Source: Alphaproteobacteria bacterium
Lineage (GTDB): Bacteria; Pseudomonadota; Alphaproteobacteria; Bin95
Length of the DNA stretch: 64,000 nt
NCBI GenBank assembly: GCA_963665325.3
Contig: CAXXWS020000002.1
Location: 96,001 to 160,000 of the forward strand
Reading direction: 5' to 3'
Part shown: positions 56,069-64,000 of the stretch, one piece after another
Numbering within the stretch: the stretch's first letter is position 1
Layout: every line of letters begins with the position of its first letter
The notes under the pieces: model-generated
Seen by the model: only the letters and a program-made list of their open reading frames with translations
Database searches by the model: none
Told to the model about the DNA's origin: nothing
Position numbers and translations under genes: made by a program

Positions 56069-57523
56069 TCAGGCGAGTTCGTCGAGCAGCGACATCCGGT
56101 CGGCGGCCGCGCCGTCCCGCCGGTCGAGCAGGTCAATCGGATAGTCGCCGGTGAAGCAGGCGTCGCAGAAGGCGGGCGCCGTGCCGCGCCCCCCGGCCTC
56201 GCCGAGGGCGCGGTAAAGTCCGTCCAGGCCGATGAAGGCCAGCGAATCGACGCCGATCTCCTGGCGCATCCGCTCCAGGTCGAACCGGGCCGCCAGCAGC
56301 GTGTCGCGGCGCGGCGTGTCGATGCCGTAGAAGCAGGAATGGGTCGTTGGCGGGCTGGAAATGCGCATATGCACCTCCGCCGCGCCGGCATTGCGCACCA
56401 TCTCCACGATCTTGGTCGAGGTCGTGCCGCGCACGATGCTGTCGTCCACGAGAACGACGCGCTTGCCTGCGAGCACTGCCTTGTTGGCATTGTGCTTCAG
56501 GCGCACGCCCAGATGGCGGATCTGCTGCGTCGGCTCGATGAAGGTCCGTCCGACATAGTGGTTGCGGATGATGCCGAGGCTGAACGGCAGGCCCGCCTGC
56601 TGGGCGTAGCCGAGCCCGGCGGGCACGCCGGAATCCGGCACGGGCACGACGACATCGGCCGGCGCCGGCGCCTCGCGGGCCAGTTCGCGCCCGATCTCCA
56701 TCCGCGCCTCATAGACGCTGCGGCCGAACACGGAGCTGTCGGGCCGCGCGAAATAGATGAGTTCGAAGATGCAGGGCCGCGGCCGGATCAGGGCGAAGGG
56801 GAAATGGGACTCGATCCGGCCCCCGTCGACCACCACCATCTCGCCGGGCTCGACATCGCGGATATAGTCGGCCCCGATGATGTCGAGCGCGCAGGTCTCG
56901 GACGCAAGAATCCACGCCTCGCCCAGCCGCCCGATCACCAGCGGGCGCACGCCGTGCGGGTCGCGCACGCCGAACAGCTTGCTGCGCGATATCGCGACGA
57001 GGGAGTAGGCGCCCTCGACCTCTGCCAGCGCCTCGACGATCCGGTCCACCAGCATCTGTTTCCGGCTGCGCGCGATCAGGTGGATGATAACCTCGGTGTC
57101 GGTCGTGCTCTGGAACAGCGCGCCTTTGCCGGCCATCTCGCGCCGGATCGACAGCGCGTTGGTCAGGTTGCCGTTGTGGGCCACCGCGACGCCGCCGAAA
57201 GCGAAATCCGCAAACAGCGGCTGGATGTTGCGGGCAACCGGCAGGCCGGTGGTCGAATAGCGGTTGTGGCCGATCGCGATCGTGCCCTGAAGGCGCCTGA
57301 TCGCCTCCTCATTGCCAAAGGTCTCGCTGACCTGGCCCGGCCCGCGCAGGCTGTAGAACTGCTCGCCGTCGCAGGACACGATGCCGGCAGACTGCTGGCC
57401 GCGATGCTGGAGGGCGTGCAGGCCGAGCGCGGTGTGCGCGGCAGCGTCGGCGTGGCCAGCGATGCCGAACACCCCGCATTCCTCATGCAGCTTGTCGTCG
57501 TCGAAGGGGTGAACGGCTCGCAA
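56069..57523 (-). CDS. purF: Amidophosphoribosyltransferase
   Basis: EECGVFG, LQHRGQ, GHNRYST, VLVDDSIVRGTT, CFYGID, CDACFTG. Confidence 0.97.
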   Translation of the reverse strand: MRAVHPFDDDKLHEECGVFGIAGHADAAAHTALGLHALQHRGQQSAGIVSCDGEQFYSLRGPGQVSETFGNEEAIRRLQGTIAIGHNRYSTTGLPVARNIQPLFADFAFGGVAVAHNGNLTNALSIRREMAGKGALFQSTTDTEVIIHLIARSRKQMLVDRIVEALAEVEGAYSLVAISRSKLFGVRDPHGVRPLVIGRLGEAWILASETCALDIIGADYIRDVEPGEMVVVDGGRIESHFPFALIRPRPCIFELIYFARPDSSVFGRSVYEARMEIGRELAREAPAPADVVVPVPDSGVPAGLGYAQQAGLPFSLGIIRNHYVGRTFIEPTQQIRHLGVRLKHNANKAVLAGKRVVLVDDSIVRGTTSTKIVEMVRNAGAAEVHMRISSPPTTHSCFYGIDTPRRDTLLAARFDLERMRQEIGVDSLAFIGLDGLYRALGEAGGRGTAPAFCDACFTGDYPIDLLDRRDGAAADRMSLLDELA

Positions 57524-57535
57524 ACGGGCCTCCCT

Positions 57536-58207
57536 TCACCGGCTCCCCTCGATCAGGCGGTCGAGGTTGCGGCGATCCTGTTCCTTATACCCCTTGGGCG
57601 GAGCTTTTGCAGTCGTTTCCGGCTCGGCCTCGGGCCGCTCCAATTTCTCGTACAGGCGCTTGGCGTCCTCGACCCGCTCGATCTCGCGCTGAATGCGGAC
57701 GGCCTCCGAGGAGCCGTAGTCGGCCAGGCGCGGTGGCAGCAATTGCTCGATCTGGCGGGCACCCGTCTCGATCATCGGGATGCTGCGCGCTTCGCGTACC
57801 CAGCCCGGTTGGTCGTCGGGCGGGACCACGCGCGAGCCGACCAGATAGAGCGCGCAGATGATGACCGCGCCCCTGATGATGCCGAACAGGAAACCCAGCG
57901 CGCGGTCCAGCGCGCTGTGGTTGGAACGCTCGACCCGGCCGGCGATTCGCCCTGTAACGACCGAGAACAGCACAAGCGCCGCAAGGAAGCTGCCCGCGCC
58001 GGCCGCGATCCGGGCCAGCAGCGGCTGCTGGATGTAGTCCCCGAGCGCCGCGCTCAGCGGCGTGAAGGCAAGCCAGGCCACGACGGCCGCGCCGATCCAG
58101 CTTGCGAGCGAAAACACCTCGCGCACGAATCCGCGCAGATAGGCGACGATGGCCGAAACCACGACCACGGCGAACAGGGCGAGGTCGAGCGCATAGATGT
58201 CGGTCAT
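57536..58207 (-). CDS. cvpA: CvpA family protein
   Basis: RGFVRE, LDRALGFLFG..RG; upstream of purF. Confidence 0.9.
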   Translation of the reverse strand: MTDIYALDLALFAVVVVSAIVAYLRGFVREVFSLASWIGAAVVAWLAFTPLSAALGDYIQQPLLARIAAGAGSFLAALVLFSVVTGRIAGRVERSNHSALDRALGFLFGIIRGAVIICALYLVGSRVVPPDDQPGWVREARSIPMIETGARQIEQLLPPRLADYGSSEAVRIQREIERVEDAKRLYEKLERPEAEPETTAKAPPKGYKEQDRRNLDRLIEGSR

Positions 58208-59580
58208 ACGCGGGCGCGCCTAGCCGCCCGCCGTCCAGCACCGAGTCGTGCGGCTAGTTCCGCCACATGGCCAACGGTCTCGATTCGCAACCCGTCGCCG
58301 CCCGGCGGCTGTCTGGCGGAGGGGATCACGGCCGCCTCGAAGCCGAGTTTCTGCGCTTCCCTGAGCCGCGCATCGCCATGTGCGACCGGGCGGACCTCGC
58401 CGGTAAGGCCGATTTCGCCGAACCACACGCTGCCCGCCGGCGCAGCCGCGCCCTCCAGCGAGGAGACCAGCGCGGCCGCCGCGGCGAGGTCGGCCGCCGG
58501 CTCGGAGATACGCAGCCCGCCCGCAACATTGAGGTAGATGTCGCGCCCGCCGAGCGCGACTCCGGCCCGCGCCTCCAGCACGGCCAGAACCATGGCCAGC
58601 CGGCTGGCGTCCCATCCCACCACCGCGCGGCGCGGCGAGCCGGCGGCGGGCGGTCCGACAAGCGCCTGGATTTCGACCAGCAGCGGCCGCGCCCCCTCGA
58701 CGCCCGCAAACACCGCCGTGCCGGCCAGCGCCGCGCCGTCCCGGCGGTCGCCCAGGAACAGTTCGGAGGGATTGGCGACCTCGCCGAGGCCGCGGTCGGT
58801 CATCTCGAAGACGCCGATCTCGTCGGTCGCCCCGTGCCGGTTCTTCACGGCGCGCAATATGCGGAAATGGTGGCCGCGCTCGCCCTCGAAATAGAGCACC
58901 GTATCGACCATGTGCTCCAGCACGCGCGGGCCCGCGATGGCGCCGTCCTTGGTGACATGGCCGACGAGCAGCAGCGCCGCGCCGCGCCGGCGCGCGACCT
59001 CGATCAGCACCTGGGCCGAGGCGCGCACCTGCGCGACCGACCCTGCGGCCGAATCGAGGCCGTCCAGATGCATGGTCTGGATCGAGTCCACCACCGCGAC
59101 CTCGCCGCGCTTCGAAAGCGTGGCCGCGATGTCGCCGGCCGCCGTCGCGGCAGCCAGCGCCACCGGGGCGTCGGCCATGCCGAGGCGTCTCGCGCGCATT
59201 GCGATCTGCGAGACCGCCTCCTCGCCGGTGACATAGAGGCAGTCAAGGCCCCGGGCGGCGAGCTTAGCCACCGCCTGCAGCAGCAGGGTGGACTTGCCGA
59301 TGCCGGGGTCGCCGCCGATGAGCACGCAGCTTCCCGGCACCAGCCCGCCGCCCAGCACCCGGTCGAACTCGGCGATGCCGGTCGCGCGCCGTTCGACGAC
59401 CGGCGGGGCGGCGTCGAGCGGCACGAGGTCGAGCGCCCGCCCGGGCCGCTTGGCGGAGACGGGTCCGGCCGCCTCCTCCACAAGGCTGTTCCACGCCCCG
59501 CAGCTTGCGCAGCGCCCCGCCCACTGGCGCGCCGCCGCGCCGCAGGTCTGGCAGACATAGCTGCGGTCCTTTCGGCTCAC
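58204..59580 (-). CDS. radA: DNA repair protein RadA/Sms
   Basis: CQTCG..W.GRC..CGAWN zinc finger, GDPGIGKS, DSIQT, GHVTK, GEIGLTGEVR. Confidence 0.96.
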   Translation of the reverse strand: MSRKDRSYVCQTCGAAARQWAGRCASCGAWNSLVEEAAGPVSAKRPGRALDLVPLDAAPPVVERRATGIAEFDRVLGGGLVPGSCVLIGGDPGIGKSTLLLQAVAKLAARGLDCLYVTGEEAVSQIAMRARRLGMADAPVALAAATAAGDIAATLSKRGEVAVVDSIQTMHLDGLDSAAGSVAQVRASAQVLIEVARRRGAALLLVGHVTKDGAIAGPRVLEHMVDTVLYFEGERGHHFRILRAVKNRHGATDEIGVFEMTDRGLGEVANPSELFLGDRRDGAALAGTAVFAGVEGARPLLVEIQALVGPPAAGSPRRAVVGWDASRLAMVLAVLEARAGVALGGRDIYLNVAGGLRISEPAADLAAAAALVSSLEGAAAPAGSVWFGEIGLTGEVRPVAHGDARLREAQKLGFEAAVIPSARQPPGGDGLRIETVGHVAELAARLGAGRRAARRARV

Positions 59581-60356
59581 CCGCGCACCGCCATGCGGAT
59601 CGGCCCCGACGCGCGGCCGTGGATGAACTGGTCCACGAATTCGTTGCCGCTTGCGTCGATGTCCGCCACCGCGCCCGACCACACGATCCGCCCCTCATGC
59701 AGCATGGCGATGCGGTCGGCGATCTTGCGCGCGCTCGCCATGTCGTGAGTGATCGACAGCGCCGTTGCGCCCAGCTTGCGCACGCATTCGACGATCAGGT
59801 CGTTGATGACATCGGCCATGATCGGGTCGAGGCCCGTCGTCGGCTCGTCGAAGAAGATGATGTCCGGCCGGGCCGCGATGGCGCGCGCGAGCGCCACGCG
59901 CTTCTGCATCCCGCCGGAGAGCTCCGCCGGCATGAGTTCGGCGACCTCGGGCCCGAGGCCGACCTGGGCGAGCGTCTCCACCGCGACCGGCTTCGCCTCG
60001 CGGCGCGTCCTCTGCCCGGCCGCCACCAGCCCGAACGCCACATTTTCCCAGACGGACAGGCTGTCGAACAGTGCGCCACCTTGGAACAGCATTCCCATGC
60101 GCGCATTGACGGCCTCGCGCGCCGCGCCCTTCAGGCCCACCGATTCCACGCCGTCGATCAGGATGCTGCCCCGGTCCGGCTCGACGATGCCGAGCGCGCA
60201 TTTGACCGTGACCGACTTGCCGGTGCCCGACCCGCCGATGACGACCATCGACTCGCCCGCGCCGATGTCCAGATCGACGCCGCGCAGCACGCTCTTCGCG
60301 CCGAAGGCCTTGTGCAGGCCCCGGATACGGATCTTCGGTTCGCCTGAGCCGCTCAT
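59577..60356 (-). CDS. mlaF: Mla/Ttg2 ABC ATPase
   Basis: GGSGTGKS, LFQGGALFDS, LSGGMQKRV, FDEPTTGLDP. Confidence 0.9.
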   Translation of the reverse strand: MSGSGEPKIRIRGLHKAFGAKSVLRGVDLDIGAGESMVVIGGSGTGKSVTVKCALGIVEPDRGSILIDGVESVGLKGAAREAVNARMGMLFQGGALFDSLSVWENVAFGLVAAGQRTRREAKPVAVETLAQVGLGPEVAELMPAELSGGMQKRVALARAIAARPDIIFFDEPTTGLDPIMADVINDLIVECVRKLGATALSITHDMASARKIADRIAMLHEGRIVWSGAVADIDASGNEFVDQFIHGRASGPIRMAVRG

Positions 60357-61126
60357 TTGGCGAAGAACAGTTCGGTGATGATGTAGTTGAACACCAGGAT
60401 GAGGATGGCCGAGGAGACCACCGCATTCGTCGCTGCCCGGCCCACGCCCTGGGCGCCGCCCTCGGAACGGTAGCCGTGATAGCACCCCATGAGCGTGACG
60501 AGGAAACCGAACACCGCGGCCTTGACGAGACCGGAGACGACATCGATCGTCTCCACGAACCGCCATGTCTGGTCGATATAGGCCGCCGCACCGAAGTCCA
60601 GCTTGTAGACGCCGACGATATAGCCGCCGAATATGCCGATGACATCGCCGACCAGCACCAGCAGCGGCAGCATGGCGAAGCCCGCGAGGATGCGGGGCGC
60701 CACCAGGAACTTCATCGGGTCCGTCGACAGCGTGGAGAGCGCATCGATCTGTTCGGTGACGCGCATAGTGCCGATTTCGGCCGCCATCGACGCGCCGACC
60801 CGTCCGGCGACCATCAGCCCCGCCAGCACCGGCGCAAGCTCGCGCGTGATGGCGAGCGACACGACGCCCGCGACCGCGCCCTCGGCCGAGAAGCGCGCAA
60901 AGCCGGTATGGCTCTGGAGCGCCAGCACCATGCCGCTGAACAGCGTCGTCAGCGCCACGACCGGCAGCGAGTAGTAGCCGATATCGACCATCTGCCGCAG
61001 CAATATGCGCGGATAGAAGGGCGGGCGGACAATGTGCGTCACGGCGGCGAATGCGAACAGCACCAGCCGGCCGATAGCCTCCAGCAGGGCGAGAAAGGCC
61101 CGGCCGATTGCGGCCAGGGGGTTCAA
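60353..61126 (-). CDS. mlaE: Mla ABC permease
   Basis: RELAPVL, AEIGTMRVTEQIDAL, GAQGVGRAAT. Confidence 0.93.
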   Translation of the reverse strand: MNPLAAIGRAFLALLEAIGRLVLFAFAAVTHIVRPPFYPRILLRQMVDIGYYSLPVVALTTLFSGMVLALQSHTGFARFSAEGAVAGVVSLAITRELAPVLAGLMVAGRVGASMAAEIGTMRVTEQIDALSTLSTDPMKFLVAPRILAGFAMLPLLVLVGDVIGIFGGYIVGVYKLDFGAAAYIDQTWRFVETIDVVSGLVKAAVFGFLVTLMGCYHGYRSEGGAQGVGRAATNAVVSSAILILVFNYIITELFFAK

Positions 61127-62190
61127 GCCCCGGGTTCCCCGCCGCCGGTATAGGTCCGCGCATAGCGCGCGCCGAGCGAAGTGAGGATTTCATAGCCGAT
61201 GGTGCCGGCGGTAACGGCGAGCTCATCGGCGTCGACGCCGTTGCCGATCAGGACGGCCCAGTCCCCCGGCTTCACGGTCCCCGGCGGCAACCCGGTCACG
61301 TCCAATACGATCGAATCCATCGACACGCGCCCGATCAACGGAACCCTCCGGCCGTGCAGCGACGCCTCAGCCCCGGGGCTTGCAGCGCGTAGATAGCCGT
61401 CTGCATAGCCTGCGGCAACCGTGGCCAGAACCCGGCCGGCGCGGGTTTCGGCCGTGGCGCCGTAGCCGACCGTCAGGGGCCGGTCCACCTCGCGGACCTG
61501 GAGCACGCGGGCCTCCAGGCGGACGACGGGGCGCATCGGGTTGGGCCCGTCCGGTGTCGGGTTGAGGCCGTACAGCGCCATGCCGGGCCGGGCGAGGTCG
61601 AACCGGTAGCCTGCGCCGAGGAAGATGCCGGAGGAGTTTGCGAGGCTCGCCGGCGCGTCGAACCGGGCGGCAAGTTCCGCGAACAGGCGGCGCTGGGCTT
61701 CGCTCAACGGGTGCTCCGGCTCGTCGGCGCAGGCGAGGTGGCTCATCACCAGCCGGAAGCGCCGCCGGTCGAGCGCCGCCGCGTCCGAGGGGTCGAGGCC
61801 GAGCCGCGTCATGCCGGTGTCGATATGCAGCACGGCGTCTTCGCCCGGCCAGGCGGCGAGGTCGCCCATATGGTTCAGCACCGGCAGCAGGCGGTATTCC
61901 CGGTAGAGCGGCTGGAAGCCCTCTACGGGCGCGCTCAGCACGGCGATCTCGGCATCGGGCAGCAGGGCGCGAAGCGTCGCCCCCTCGTCCAGCCCGGCCA
62001 CGAAGAATGTGCGGCAGCCCGCCCGCTGGAGCGCCGGCGCTACCCGGTCCATGCCCAGCCCGTAAGCGTCCGCCTTGACGACGCCCGCCGACGGCGCCAG
62101 CGCGTCCAGCTTGCGCCAGTTCGCGGCGATCGCGTCCAGGTCGATCTGCAGCCGGCCCGGCGGCGCCATCATTCCCGTTTGCCGCGTCAT
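61123..62190 (-). CDS. alr: Alanine racemase
   Basis: VVKADAYG, DTGMTRLG, SHLACAD, GYADGY, GRVSMD, GTIGYE. Confidence 0.96.
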   Translation of the reverse strand: MTRQTGMMAPPGRLQIDLDAIAANWRKLDALAPSAGVVKADAYGLGMDRVAPALQRAGCRTFFVAGLDEGATLRALLPDAEIAVLSAPVEGFQPLYREYRLLPVLNHMGDLAAWPGEDAVLHIDTGMTRLGLDPSDAAALDRRRFRLVMSHLACADEPEHPLSEAQRRLFAELAARFDAPASLANSSGIFLGAGYRFDLARPGMALYGLNPTPDGPNPMRPVVRLEARVLQVREVDRPLTVGYGATAETRAGRVLATVAAGYADGYLRAASPGAEASLHGRRVPLIGRVSMDSIVLDVTGLPPGTVKPGDWAVLIGNGVDADELAVTAGTIGYEILTSLGARYARTYTGGGEPGA

Positions 62191-62202
62191 ATGCAGGACG
62201 CC

Positions 62203-63708
62203 TCAGACGGGCGGCTCGCCATCTCGGGTCTTTTCGAGGTTGCCGAAGCGGGTGAAGCGGCCTTCGAAATAGAGCTCGACCTTGCCGGTCGGCCCGTGGC
62301 GCTGCTTTGCGATAATGACATCGGCCAGATTGTGGACGCGGTCCATCTCCTCCTGCCATTCCCGATGCTTGTCGCTGTTCAGGTCCTCCGGCTCCTGGCG
62401 TTCCAGGTAGTATTCGTGGCGGTAAATGAACATCACCACATCGGCATCCTGCTCGATAGAGCCCGATTCGCGCAGGTCCGCAAGGTGCGGGCGCTTGTCC
62501 TCCCTCTGCTCCACGGCGCGGGAAAGCTGGGAGAGCGCGAGGATCGGCAGGTTCAACTCCTTGGCCACGGTCTTGAGGCCGCGGGTTATTTCCGAGACCT
62601 CCTGCACGCGGTTTTCCGGCCGCCGGCCCCCGCCGGGTTGCATGAGCTGGATATAATCCACCACGATCAGGTCCAGCCGCCCGTTGGTGCGCAGCAGTCG
62701 CCGGGCGCGGGTGCGAAGCTGGGAGACGCTGATCGCCGGCGTGTCGTCGATAAACAGCTTCAGATTCTCCAGCTCGCGGCTGGCCTGGACGACCGAGTCG
62801 AACTGAGCATTGGTGATGCGCCCGCGCCGAACCTCGTCCGAGGAGACCTGCGCCTGCTCGCCCAGTATGCGCAGCGCCAGTTGCTCCGCGGACATTTCCA
62901 GTGAGAAGAAGGCGACCGCGTAGCTGTCGATCTCCTGCGTCTCGTCGAAACCGAGGCTGGCGCGCCCGGCGTTGAAGGCGATATTGGTGGCAAGCGCCGT
63001 CTTGCCCATGCCGGGCCGCCCGGCCAGCACCACAAGGTCGGATGGCTGGAGGCCGCCCAGCTTCGCGTCGAGGTCCTTGAACCCGGTCGTCACCCCCGCC
63101 AGACCATCGCCGTGAAATGCTCGCTCGGCCATGTCGATGGCGGATTCGAGCGTGCGGACGAAAGGCCGGAATCCGGTCTGCTCGGCTCCCGTCGTGGCCA
63201 GTTCGAACAGGCGGTGTTCGGCCTTCTCTATGCGGCTGGTGGCTGTGAGGTCGAGGTCGCTGTCATAGGCGTCGTTGACGACCTCGCCGCCGATGGAGAT
63301 GAGCGCGCGGCGCAGGTGCAGGTCCTGGATCGACTGTGCGTAATATTTCGGGTCGATCACGCCGATGGCGCTTGCGGCAAGCTCGGCCAGATAGCGCGGT
63401 CCGCCGACATCTGCGAGCCGGTCCTGCTGCTGGAAATAGTCCCGGAGGGTGTCCGGGGTGGCCTGTCCGCCGCGCTCCGTCAGGCGCCGTATGGCGTCGT
63501 AGATCCGCCGGTGGCTCGGGTCGAAGAAATGCTCCGCTTCCAGGAAATCGCTGACCTCCTCGAAGATGCGGTTGTCCACGAGAACCGCGCCCAGCAGCGC
63601 CATCTCGATCTCCAGATTGGCCGGAGGCTGGCGGTAGCCGGGGTCTTCGTCGGGCGGAGCTTCGAAGGGCGGCTCTTCGGCGAGCCAGGGATCGGCTTGT
63701 GCTGTCAT
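62203..63708 (-). CDS. dnaB: Replicative DNA helicase (start uncertain)
   Basis: GRPGMGKT, FSLEMS, DYIQLM, LSQLSR, DLRESGSIEQDAD, KQRHGPTG; no intein. Confidence 0.97.
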   Translation of the reverse strand: MTAQADPWLAEEPPFEAPPDEDPGYRQPPANLEIEMALLGAVLVDNRIFEEVSDFLEAEHFFDPSHRRIYDAIRRLTERGGQATPDTLRDYFQQQDRLADVGGPRYLAELAASAIGVIDPKYYAQSIQDLHLRRALISIGGEVVNDAYDSDLDLTATSRIEKAEHRLFELATTGAEQTGFRPFVRTLESAIDMAERAFHGDGLAGVTTGFKDLDAKLGGLQPSDLVVLAGRPGMGKTALATNIAFNAGRASLGFDETQEIDSYAVAFFSLEMSAEQLALRILGEQAQVSSDEVRRGRITNAQFDSVVQASRELENLKLFIDDTPAISVSQLRTRARRLLRTNGRLDLIVVDYIQLMQPGGGRRPENRVQEVSEITRGLKTVAKELNLPILALSQLSRAVEQREDKRPHLADLRESGSIEQDADVVMFIYRHEYYLERQEPEDLNSDKHREWQEEMDRVHNLADVIIAKQRHGPTGKVELYFEGRFTRFGNLEKTRDGEPPV

Positions 63709-63781
63709 GGCAGGGTCATTAGACCGGGGCACCATTTTCGAGTCTCTAAGGATAAGTTGGAAAGAAGGGATAACCGCCGCC

Positions 63782-64000
63782 ATGCACCGGCTGATCGCGC
63801 TCGAAGGCGCTACGAATTTCCGCGACCTCGGCGGTTACGAAGCCGTTGACGGCCGCCGGGTCCGCTGGCGCCGGCTGTTCCGCGCCGACGGGCTGCACGG
63901 CCTGACGCCGGCGGACCGCAGGACTCTGGAAGCGCTTGGCATCGAGGAGGCGCTCGACATGCGCTACGGGCCGGAGCGCGCGGGCGAGCCCGCGCGCCTG
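63782..64000 (+). CDS. Tyrosine-protein phosphatase (Y_phosphatase3-like), N-terminal part
   Basis: Manual translation MHRLIALEGATNFRDLGGY..DGRRVRWRRLFRAD..LGI...DMR; runs off the window. Confidence 0.85.
   Translation, partial: MHRLIALEGATNFRDLGGYEAVDGRRVRWRRLFRADGLHGLTPADRRTLEALGIEEALDMRYGPERAGEPARL

Noticed and set aside
62203-63708. Intein in DnaB
   Set aside because: Normal length with contiguous helicase motifs.

Overview
High-GC alphaproteobacterial chromosome segment (Rhodospirillales-like by gene content; this is inference). Core genes are nudC, moeB, upp, ubiD, two tRNA-Leu and the dnaB-alr-mlaE-mlaF-radA-cvpA-purF block. Between them lie a pyrimidine/purine catabolic cluster (URC1-URC4-upp plus RutC-like RidA, 2OG-Fe(II) oxygenase, amidase, adenine deaminase) and a ~33 kb block of transporters and N-compound catabolic enzymes with no recognisable regulator (double LIV-type ABC module, NMT1/THI5 ABC, DMFase-like, hydantoinase A/B, TRAP, M29 peptidase, LLM). 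Main oddities: (i) a ~0.9 kb integrase-free islet bounded by a diverged 94-bp direct repeat of the ubiD 3' end, carrying one secreted C2-like/coiled-coil protein; (ii) a secreted Cys-rich orphan whose GC drops at the predicted signal-peptidase site; (iii) two CTAG-ended MITE-like elements with nested hairpins plus REP-like repeats; (iv) a promoter/terminator/10-bp-repeat module in the dctP leader; (v) an in-frame truncated ATP-grasp protein. No CRISPR array, rRNA, integrase or transposase was seen. All family assignments come from motif recognition by eye, not database searches.
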